A stretch of DNA of 61,288 nucleotides from positions 1 through 61,288 of the forward strand of contig CAZWDQ010000003.1 of the NCBI GenBank assembly GCA_964632475.1, given 5' to 3'. The DNA comes from an uncultured Acidimicrobiaceae bacterium. Its GTDB lineage: Bacteria > Actinomycetota > Acidimicrobiia > Spongiisociales > UBA5794. Under the pieces are notes generated by a model. The model was not told where the DNA came from. It did not search any database and worked only from the letters and a program-made list of their open reading frames with translations. Position numbers and translations under genes: made by a program. Position 1 is the stretch's first letter. Each line of letters starts with the position of its first letter. Of this stretch, positions 28,774 to 36,253 are shown piece by piece.

Positions 28774-29137
28774 TCCGTGTTCGGTAGATCGTGATCCCGA
28801 CCGATCGGGCGTGTCTCAGCGCGCCCGGTTTCTCGACCGTCGTCTCGACCGCTGCTACTCGTTCGTCCGCGTCGAGACAGATCCGGGCGAGTTCGGCAAC
28901 AAGGCGTTCGACGAGCATGGGTTCGCCCTTTTGGATGTGAGCGATGATCTGCTTCGTGATCGTCCGGTAGTTGACGGCGTCTTCGATGTCGTCGCTCGCC
29001 GCTGCGTCGCGGGTATCGGCCCACAGCGTTGCGTTGACCAGGATGTCCTGGCGGTGGATCCGTTCGTCAGGATTGATCCCGAGGATGCCCGAAACCACGA
29101 GATCCCGAATGTGAATCTGATCCAACGAACCGCTCAT
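28754..29137 (-). CDS. folB: dihydroneopterin aldolase
   Basis: ORF trimmed to the ATG at 29137 ([26 protein letters not shown]; [12 protein letters not shown]). Confidence 0.8.
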   Translation of the reverse strand: MSGSLDQIHIRDLVVSGILGINPDERIHRQDILVNATLWADTRDAAASDDIEDAVNYRTITKQIIAHIQKGEPMLVERLVAELARICLDADERVAAVETTVEKPGALRHARSVGITIYRTRNGDDDE

Positions 29138-29189
29138 CTCAGTCTCCCCGCTTGGTTCTGCTGGCGGCTGGAAGCTGGCATCTGGCATC

Positions 29190-29921
29190 TCATACGAGGT
29201 GCCCCCCTCCATCCACTCGTACGATCTCTCCGGTGATGAAGTCGTTTTCTAGAAGCGAGAGGACCGCTGCGACAACCGGTTCGGTCCCGCCGACGCGCGC
29301 GAGCGGTAGGTCGTTTGCGAGTCTTTCGACGTAGTCGTCGCCCTCGCCGGGTGGTGGGAGGATCACACCCAAGGCAACAGCGTTCACCCTGATTCGGGGC
29401 GCCAGTTGCAGCGCTGCTGCCTTGGTGAACGTATCGATGCCACCCTTCGCCACGACGTAGCTGAGGTGTTCTCGATACGGAGTCTGGGTCCGGACGTCTG
29501 TGATATTGACGACGGCACCGTCGGTGTCTCCTGGGAGCATGTTCGCGAATGCTTGTGTCGCAAAGACCGGGGTCGCGAGCGTCAAATCGAGCGTTGCTCT
29601 CCACGCGTCAACCGTGACATCTGTGATCGTGTCGGTCGGGAATCCGGACGCACTATTGACGAGGATTGATGGTGTTCCAAGCGCCTCCTCTGCAAGGTCG
29701 ATGAGCGTTGCAGCGCTCGTCGGATCTGAGAGGTTGACCGACCCAGTGGCGGCGCGGACACCGAGACCCCTTGCCTCTTCGGCTGTGCGTTCGGCGGGAT
29801 CGGCAGATCGGTTGTAGTGGATGAATACGTCCACACCGGATCGGGCGAGGCCGAGCGCGATCGCACGTCCGACGCGAACGCCGCCGCCGGTCACGATTCC
29901 GATTCTTCCCCGTAGTTGCAT
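29190..29921 (-). CDS. SDR family oxidoreductase (pteridine reductase / FolM-like by context)
   Basis: Motif GIVTGGGVRVGRAIALGL and the Y..K catalytic region (YVVAKGG). The start is ATG at 29921 or TTG at 29939. Confidence 0.8.
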   Translation of the reverse strand: MQLRGRIGIVTGGGVRVGRAIALGLARSGVDVFIHYNRSADPAERTAEEARGLGVRAATGSVNLSDPTSAATLIDLAEEALGTPSILVNSASGFPTDTITDVTVDAWRATLDLTLATPVFATQAFANMLPGDTDGAVVNITDVRTQTPYREHLSYVVAKGGIDTFTKAAALQLAPRIRVNAVALGVILPPPGEGDDYVERLANDLPLARVGGTEPVVAAVLSLLENDFITGEIVRVDGGGHLV

Positions 29922-30010
29922 CGTTCTGAGCGTAACCAACCAGCGCCCGTTCTCCTTCCCGGTTCTCGGGTATCCGCTGCCATTCTCTGTGACCGCCTAT
30001 CCTGGCGACC

Positions 30011-30595
30011 GTGAGCAAAGAAGACCCGAAGCACGGACGCTGGATTCTCCCGGTCGTCATCGCAGCCCTGATCGGATTCACATATCTGTTCGTCACCGCG
30101 TTGCCACCGGCGGAGATCCCCGTAGGAACGACGACGACGGCCGTCGCATCGGAGACCACCACGACGGTTCCTACGGAGACCACCACGACGACGCTCCCGG
30201 CAGACATTGCAGCCTTCCTGAGCCTCGTGGACGGCTACGAAGCCACGGCGAACACGATCGCCAACGACATTGACGACACCAATACGGCATGGGAGAACAG
30301 GGCCGACGGCGTGCCTTCGTTGGAAGACACGCTGGCTGCTTTCGAAGCCGCGAGGGTCGAGGCGCAAACACTGAGCGACAACGTCGCCGCGACGAACCCG
30401 CCCGATGCGTACACCGCGGCCTGGCCCGATTCGATCACGGCCGCGGCGGCGCTCCCACCCGGCGTCGATGCGGTCATCGAAGGTCTTCGGGCCCCGGACG
30501 ACGGGACGGCGCGACGCGAGGCTGTGGACGCCTATGAAGTGCTCACCACCGAGTTCCTTGCATCTCTAGACCTGGTCAGGGCCGCAACCCCATAA
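30011..30595 (+). CDS. membrane-anchored protein, Thr-rich linker, unknown function
   Basis: GTG start. One TM helix (WILPVVIAALIGFTYLFVTAL) followed by a TTTA..TTTT linker. Confidence 0.5.
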   Translation: MSKEDPKHGRWILPVVIAALIGFTYLFVTALPPAEIPVGTTTTAVASETTTTVPTETTTTTLPADIAAFLSLVDGYEATANTIANDIDDTNTAWENRADGVPSLEDTLAAFEAARVEAQTLSDNVAATNPPDAYTAAWPDSITAAAALPPGVDAVIEGLRAPDDGTARREAVDAYEVLTTEFLASLDLVRAATP

Positions 30596-30659
30596 CTCGC
30601 GGCCACATTCGACTGGTGATCCCTCACTGGTGCAGACCGTCCTCGTCGTCTAGCCCAAA

Positions 30660-30704
30660 CGTTTGTGCCTACGTACACAAATAGTGTGAACGTAGGCACA
30701 AACG
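30660..30704. repeat. 45-nt near-perfect palindrome (20-nt arms, 19/20 paired, loop AATAG); probable bidirectional terminator
   Basis: CGTTTGTGCCTACGTACACA-AATAG-TGTGAACGTAGGCACAAACG, read directly. It lies between convergent stops at 30595 and 30729. On the minus strand it is followed by TTTGGG. Confidence 0.8.
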
Positions 30705-30728
30705 ACGACATTCGGATCGGGGGTCTGA

Positions 30729-31733
30729 CTACTCCTTGGCCAGCGCCGGACAGATCGTGTCCGTCATCAGCCGGGCAACTGTGTACGGGTCCGCGTTCGC
30801 ATTCGGGCGGCGGTCCTCGATATAGCCCTTCTGCTCCATGGCCGTCTGCCACGGGATCCGGACAGACGCGCCGCGGTTCGACACGCCGTACGAGTACTCA
30901 GTCCACGGTGCCGTCTCATGCAGGCCCGTGAGTCGTCGTTCGATCCCGGCCCCGTAGTTCTCGACATGCTCGTCGGCCTTCGTCCCGAGCGCCTCGCACG
31001 CGGCGATAATCGGCTCGTACGACTCGCGCATCGCCGAGGTGGAGAAGTTCGCGTGCATCCCGGCCCCGTTCCAGTCACCTTCGACGGGCTTCGGATTGAG
31101 GTGGGCGGAGATGTCGTAGTCCTCCGCGATTCGGTACAGCAGCCAGCGCGCCATCCACAGGTGATCACCAACGGCAACCGGATCGAGCGGTCCGATCTGG
31201 AATTCCCACTGTCCGATCATCACCTCGGCGTTGGTTCCGGAGATCTCGAGTCCGGCTTCCATGCAGGCCACCGTGTGGTTCTCGACGACGTCGCGTCCCC
31301 AGATCTCGTCGGCCCCGATACCGCAGTAGTACCCGCCCTGTGGTGCGGGAAAGCCACCGATCGGCCAGCCGTGCGGGCGTCCGTCCTTGAAGAACGTGTA
31401 CTCCTGCTCAAGGCCCAACCAGGGTTCCTGATCCTTGTACTTCTCGTAGGTCTCCACGCACGCTGCCCTCGTGTTCGACGGGTGGGGTTCCATGTCGGGG
31501 GTCAACACTTCGCACAACACCAGCAAGTTGTCATCGCCTCGGATGGGGTCCGGCCTCACGAAGATGGGCCTCAGAACACAATCCGAAAGGTCTCCCGGGG
31601 CTTGTTCTGTGCTCGATCCGTCGAAGCCCCACAAGGGTGGCTCCTGTCCGGACGGGACGATCTTGGTCTTTGATCGAAGGTAGGACGTCGGCTTCCGACC
31701 ATCGATCCAGATGTACTCAGCCCGATACGGCAT
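30729..31733 (-). CDS. glnII: glutamine synthetase type II
   Basis: 334 aa. The short eukaryote-like GSII signature is MPYRAEYIWIDG..GFDGSSTEQAPG..LEQEYTFF. Confidence 0.9.
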   Translation of the reverse strand: MPYRAEYIWIDGRKPTSYLRSKTKIVPSGQEPPLWGFDGSSTEQAPGDLSDCVLRPIFVRPDPIRGDDNLLVLCEVLTPDMEPHPSNTRAACVETYEKYKDQEPWLGLEQEYTFFKDGRPHGWPIGGFPAPQGGYYCGIGADEIWGRDVVENHTVACMEAGLEISGTNAEVMIGQWEFQIGPLDPVAVGDHLWMARWLLYRIAEDYDISAHLNPKPVEGDWNGAGMHANFSTSAMRESYEPIIAACEALGTKADEHVENYGAGIERRLTGLHETAPWTEYSYGVSNRGASVRIPWQTAMEQKGYIEDRRPNANADPYTVARLMTDTICPALAKE

Positions 31734-31812
31734 TGCCCCTCCAGTGATTCAACGTGATTCGAGATGAGGATGCCACATCCCCATCTCTTCCGCACGCTTC
31801 GGTTTGCAGCGT

Positions 31813-32631
31813 CTACCCGACCGATCGATCCAACAGGCGTCGGCCCAAGAGAATCGGGACCGCTTGCATGACCGCGAATGCACCCGTGACGAGTACCACG
31901 ACCAGCACCATCAGCCATCGCTGCCATCCCAGATCGTCGCGAATCGCGGTGACAACCGCGGTGGCCTCACCGGCGGTCGCGGCATATGAGTCGAGCAGAA
32001 GCTCCGCCTCCTCCATTTGGCTCTGGAGCTCCGCAAGGTCGTCCGCGATCTGGACGGTCGCAACGCCAAACTCCTCGAAGTCGGATGCCAGGGACGCCAA
32101 CGGCACGGCCTGCGCACGAAGCTCATCCGGTAGATCGTCGATCGCATCGGTGAGCTCTGCAACCGCTTCGTCGAACGGCACTTCGGGGTCGTAGTCGACT
32201 CCGACGAAGCTGAGGACCCGCAACGCGTTGTCGATGATCTCTGCCGTGGTCTCGATCGCCGGCATCGCGTCGACGACCGCATCGAGCGCGTCTGGCACGT
32301 CCACAGTCACAACCACGGTCGTGTCTGCGATGACCGTTGCCGCATCCTCGAACGTGGCCGCGGCCATCTCAGCGGAAGGGACGAGCGTATCGAACGACTC
32401 GCTCACGATCCCCAGCGTGTCCGCGGCAAGGGCGACCGTCTCGTCTGCCGTCTCGACAGCCTCGACGGTGACTGCGAGCGACTGGTCTGCCGAAGCGGTC
32501 AGAGTCACCACGACCACGATCCCCAGGATCCCGGCGATCAGAGACGCGACCAGTCCCCCGATCCCGACATTCGTAAACAGCCGTCCGAGCCGCTGATCGT
32601 CTCCGGCGAGTGCCGAGAGACTCTCACTCAT
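31813..32631 (-). CDS. acidic two-TM membrane protein of unknown function
   Basis: 272 aa with TM helices near both ends and a long Asp/Glu/Ala-rich helical middle. ATGA overlap with the upstream ALDH stop. Confidence 0.55.
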   Translation of the reverse strand: MSESLSALAGDDQRLGRLFTNVGIGGLVASLIAGILGIVVVVTLTASADQSLAVTVEAVETADETVALAADTLGIVSESFDTLVPSAEMAAATFEDAATVIADTTVVVTVDVPDALDAVVDAMPAIETTAEIIDNALRVLSFVGVDYDPEVPFDEAVAELTDAIDDLPDELRAQAVPLASLASDFEEFGVATVQIADDLAELQSQMEEAELLLDSYAATAGEATAVVTAIRDDLGWQRWLMVLVVVLVTGAFAVMQAVPILLGRRLLDRSVG

Positions 32632-34142
32632 CCGAATTCGATGCCCTGTGCCAGCGGAAGCTCGCCGGACCAGTTGATCGTGACGGTCTGGCGACGCATG
32701 TAGGCCTTCCAGGCATCAGACCCGGACTCGCGCCCTCCGCCAGTCTCCTTCTCGCCGCCGAACGCACCGCCTATCTCGGCACCGGACGTGCCGATGTTGA
32801 TGTTGGCGATACCGCAGTCCGAACCGACCGCCGAAAGGAAGGTCTCTCCCGCTTGTACCGAGTCGGTGAAGATCGCACTCGACAGCCCCTGCACCACGCT
32901 GTTGTTGATCTTGATCGCTTCCTCGACCGTGTCGAACTCGACGAGGTAGAGGATCGGAGCGAACGTCTCGATCTGAAGGATCGGTGCATCGACCGGCATC
33001 TTGATGATCGTCGGCTCGACGTAGTAGCCGGGGCCGTCGACGACCCCGCCTCCGTAGAGCAGTTCTCCACCCTGCTCCTGGGCAACTCCGACCGCGGCTG
33101 AAAAGTTCGAGACGGCGATCTCGTCGACCAGTGGGCCCATGAGATTCGCGTCGTCGAGCGGGTCGCCGATCTTCACCGTCGCATATGCGGAAACGAGGCG
33201 GCGAGCGATCTCGTCCGAGATGCCGCGCTGCACGATGAGCCGACGCAGAGACGTGCACCGTTGCCCGGCCGTGCCCACGGCGGCGAAGACGGCCGCCCTG
33301 GTTGCCAGGTCCGGGTCCGCATCGTCCATGACGACCATGGCATTGTTGCCACCAAGTTCGAGGAGCGAGCGACCGAGACGCTTCGCGACGGCGACGCCGA
33401 CCTTCTCGCCCATGCCGCACGATCCCGTTGCCGAGATGAGAGGCACACGCCTGTCATTGATCATGACATCGCCGACCTCTGCGCCGGAGCCGACGATCAG
33501 GCTGAACACACCTTCGAATCCCGATCCCTCCATCGCTTGCGCTGCGAGCTTGGACGTCGCGACCGCGGTGAGCGGTGTCTTCGAGGATGGCTTCCAGATG
33601 AGTGTGTCGCCACCGACGGCGGCGATCATCGCGTTCCACGACCAGACGGCAACCGGGAAGTTGAACGACGTGATGATCCCGACAGGGCCGAGCGGATGCC
33701 ACTGCTCATACATACGGTGACGGGGACGCTCCGAAGCGATCGTGAGACCGTAAAGCTGACGGGAGAGACCGACGGCGAAGTCGGTGATATCGATCATCTC
33801 CTGAACCTCGCCCTCGCCTTCGGCTTTAATCTTGCCCATCTCGAGGGCAACCAGCGCACCGAGCGGCTCCTGGTACTCGCGCAGCAGATCACCGATCTTG
33901 CGTACGAACTTGCCACGTTCCGGGGCTGGCAGCATGCGCCATTCCTCGAAGGTGCCCGTTGCGGTGGCGATCACCTTTTCGTAGTCGGTCGTGTCGGCTC
34001 TCTTTACGGCGCCGATGCGCTCACCAGTTGCCGGGTTCTCGACCTCGAGCACCGAGCCTCCGGTCTCAAGCCATCCGCCGGCGTAGGCACCGGAGCTGAC
34101 GTCGTCGAGATCAAGCGCTGAGAAGATGGAATCGCGGTTCAC
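32628..34142 (-). CDS. aldehyde dehydrogenase, ALDH7/piperideine-6-carboxylate dehydrogenase-like
   Basis: ORF trimmed to the GTG at 34142 (GGAGG 8 nt upstream). Motifs EMGKIKAEGEGEVQEMIDI, LELGGNNA and GTAGQRCT. Confidence 0.88.
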   Translation of the reverse strand: MNRDSIFSALDLDDVSSGAYAGGWLETGGSVLEVENPATGERIGAVKRADTTDYEKVIATATGTFEEWRMLPAPERGKFVRKIGDLLREYQEPLGALVALEMGKIKAEGEGEVQEMIDITDFAVGLSRQLYGLTIASERPRHRMYEQWHPLGPVGIITSFNFPVAVWSWNAMIAAVGGDTLIWKPSSKTPLTAVATSKLAAQAMEGSGFEGVFSLIVGSGAEVGDVMINDRRVPLISATGSCGMGEKVGVAVAKRLGRSLLELGGNNAMVVMDDADPDLATRAAVFAAVGTAGQRCTSLRRLIVQRGISDEIARRLVSAYATVKIGDPLDDANLMGPLVDEIAVSNFSAAVGVAQEQGGELLYGGGVVDGPGYYVEPTIIKMPVDAPILQIETFAPILYLVEFDTVEEAIKINNSVVQGLSSAIFTDSVQAGETFLSAVGSDCGIANINIGTSGAEIGGAFGGEKETGGGRESGSDAWKAYMRRQTVTINWSGELPLAQGIEFG

Positions 34143-34159
34143 GGTCGGACCTCCAGGAC

Positions 34160-34208
34160 TGGTACCGGTTTTTGGGCACTGAGTACCCAGTACTCGCAAT
34201 GGTACCGG
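34160..34208. promoter_or_regulatory. candidate operator: TGGTACCGG x2 (40-nt spacing) flanking the palindrome GAGTAC-CCA-GTACTC
   Basis: Read directly in the 86-nt RidA-ALDH spacer: 34160-34168, 34200-34208, and the palindrome at 34181-34195. Confidence 0.35.
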
Positions 34209-34228
34209 CTGCCTGCGATCGCTATCCG

Positions 34229-34609
34229 CTACCGGGCAGCGATCGTCTCGATCTCGACGACGAAGCCGCCGGGGAGTGCAGAGACTTCGACCGTTGAACG
34301 CGCCGGCTTGGCGTCGCCGACATACTCGCCGTACACGGTGTTAACGGCCGCAAAATCGTTCATCTCTGTGACGAAGATCGTCGTCTTGACGATGTCGTCA
34401 TAGCCGAGGCCAACGTCGCCGAGGACCGCACCGATGTTGCGCATCACCTGGACCGTCTGCTCGGTCACTCCGCCTTCGACAGGCGAACCCGTTGCAGGGT
34501 CGATGCCGATCATGCCGGACACGAACACCAGGCCGTGTGCCTCGGTGATGATGCTGTACGGCCCGAGGGGCTTCGGTCCGCTCGGTGCTTCGTGGATCTG
34601 CTTCGGCAT
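34229..34609 (-). CDS. ridA: RidA family reactive-intermediate deaminase
   Basis: Motifs PLGPYS..VFVSG and ARSTVEVSALPGGFVVEIE. Start taken at MPKQ. Confidence 0.88.
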   Translation of the reverse strand: MPKQIHEAPSGPKPLGPYSIITEAHGLVFVSGMIGIDPATGSPVEGGVTEQTVQVMRNIGAVLGDVGLGYDDIVKTTIFVTEMNDFAAVNTVYGEYVGDAKPARSTVEVSALPGGFVVEIETIAAR

Positions 34610-34651
34610 GGTGCCTCCCATCTCGCTCGAGAGACAGTCTATGAACGTCCG

Positions 34652-34993
34652 TCAGTCGCGTTTTCCACAGGTGCAGGAGTGACCGGTTGCATTCGGATTG
34701 TCGATCGCGAATCCTGAACCCTGGAGTCCTTCGTCACGGAAGTCGATGGTGGCTCCGGTCACATGACCGACGCTTGATTCGTCGATCAGGACCTTGAACG
34801 CTCCAGCATCAACGATGGAGTCCGTTGGCGTGACCTCTGCATCGAAGTACATCTCATACTTGAAACCGGAGCAACCGGCGGGCATGGCCGCGAGTCTCAG
34901 ACCCAGGGCCTCGTCGCCTTCATCATCGAGCAGTTCCCGTACCTTCTCGGCAGCAGCATCGGTGAGTGCCACCGGCGTCATTTCAAGCGTCAT
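34652..34993 (-). CDS. Fe-S cluster insertion protein (HesB/IscA/ErpA family)
   Basis: GCSGFKY motif and C-terminal CTCG motif. Trimmed to the ATG at 34993. Confidence 0.88.
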   Translation of the reverse strand: MTLEMTPVALTDAAAEKVRELLDDEGDEALGLRLAAMPAGCSGFKYEMYFDAEVTPTDSIVDAGAFKVLIDESSVGHVTGATIDFRDEGLQGSGFAIDNPNATGHSCTCGKRD

Positions 34994-35046
34994 TGAACGT
35001 TGCCTCCTCCGCACGTCGCATGCTGACTCTAACCACTATGGCTGTG

Positions 35047-35083
35047 TTGGGAATAGGTATTTCGCGGAGATAGGATCGACCGG
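35047..35083 (+). promoter_or_regulatory. candidate promoter for a leaderless mrp mRNA (-35 TTGGGA, -10 TAGGAT)
   Basis: TAGGAT at 35071-35076 ends 7 nt before the ATG at 35084. No SD is present. The segment is AT-richer than its surroundings. Confidence 0.3.
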
Positions 35084-36220
35084 ATGACGAAGAGAGATGA
35101 CATCGAAGCTGCGCTGCGCGGCGTGATTGATCCCGAACTGAACGCCGACATCGTCGAACTCGGCATGGTCGGCGACATCACCATCGAAGGTCCGGACGTG
35201 TCGATCGGCGTCGCTCTCACGATCGCAGCATGTCCCATGCGCGACCAGATCGAGAACGACGTTGTCCGCAAGGTCACCGCGATTCCGGGTATCGAGACCG
35301 TGTCGGTCAACGTGACGGCGATGAACGGCGAGCAGCGTTCAGAGCTAATGGGCAAGGTGCGCCTGCGCGCCAGAGAGAACGCCGAGCCGACGATGATCAG
35401 CCCGCAGACCCGCGTGATTGCGGTGTCGAGCGGGAAGGGTGGCGTCGGGAAATCGTCGCTCAGCGTCAACCTGGCGCTGGCAATCTCGGCTCTCGGCCAC
35501 CGAACCGGCCTCCTCGATGCAGACATCTGGGGTTTCTCGGTTCCGAGAATGCTCGACTCCATCGACGTCCGCCTCGAGGCGGGCGATGACCGCAAGATTC
35601 GTCCGCTTCAGGCTGCAGGACTCGAGGTCGTCTCCACAGGCCTGATGATCGACGACGAAGACACGGCGCTCATGTGGCGAGGTCTGATGCTGTCGAAGGC
35701 TCTCGAGCAGTTCCTCACCGACGTCTCGTGGAGCCCCGACCTCGGCTATCTCGTGATCGACATGCCTCCCGGCACGGGCGACGTGCAGATGGCGCTCTCC
35801 CGGATGCTCCCGCAGGCGGAGATGGTTGTCGTGACGACACCCCAACGGGCGGCACAGAAGGTCGCCGCACGTGTTGCAGACATGGCCCGCAGATCACACA
35901 TGCCCGTCGTCGGTGTCGTTGAGAACATGTCGGGATTCACCACCGAAGAAGGGCGCCACTACGACCTCTTCGGCTCGGGCGGAGGCTCCGAACTCGCCGA
36001 TCAGCTCGGCGTGCCACTCCTCGGACAGATCCCGCTGGATCCCGACGTGGTGAACGGCGGCGACGAAGGTCGACCTGTCGTCACCGCGGATCCCGACGGT
36101 CCCGCAGGTACGGCCATCCGATCTGTAGCCAATCGACTGCTCGAATTGGTCCCTCCGGCCGCCGCCGACACATGCACAGCCCGCATCGCCGTCCTCGAGG
36201 AGCAGTTGGCTGGGATGTAG
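35084..36220 (+). CDS. mrp: Mrp/NBP35/ApbC Fe-S carrier ATPase with N-terminal DUF59/MIP18 domain
   Basis: DUF59 (VIDPELNADIVELGMV). Deviant Walker A SGKGGVGKSS. CXXC-free actinobacterial type. Confidence 0.9.
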   Translation: MTKRDDIEAALRGVIDPELNADIVELGMVGDITIEGPDVSIGVALTIAACPMRDQIENDVVRKVTAIPGIETVSVNVTAMNGEQRSELMGKVRLRARENAEPTMISPQTRVIAVSSGKGGVGKSSLSVNLALAISALGHRTGLLDADIWGFSVPRMLDSIDVRLEAGDDRKIRPLQAAGLEVVSTGLMIDDEDTALMWRGLMLSKALEQFLTDVSWSPDLGYLVIDMPPGTGDVQMALSRMLPQAEMVVVTTPQRAAQKVAARVADMARRSHMPVVGVVENMSGFTTEEGRHYDLFGSGGGSELADQLGVPLLGQIPLDPDVVNGGDEGRPVVTADPDGPAGTAIRSVANRLLELVPPAAADTCTARIAVLEEQLAGM

Positions 36221-36253
36221 CTCAAGGCTCAGAGCTCAAAGCTCAGGACTCAA
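36217..36253. repeat. heptanucleotide tandem array, 5 units (gtagctc aaggctc agagctc aaagctc aggactc)
   Basis: Read directly. It fills the whole spacer between the mrp stop (36218-36220) and the convergent M23 peptidase stop (36250-36252). Confidence 0.85.

Noticed and set aside
34652-34993. HesB-like selenoprotein candidate next to the sel genes.
   Set aside because: The conserved site reads GCSGF with a TGC Cys codon and the frame has no in-frame TGA. It is an ordinary Cys-containing IscA/ErpA-type protein.
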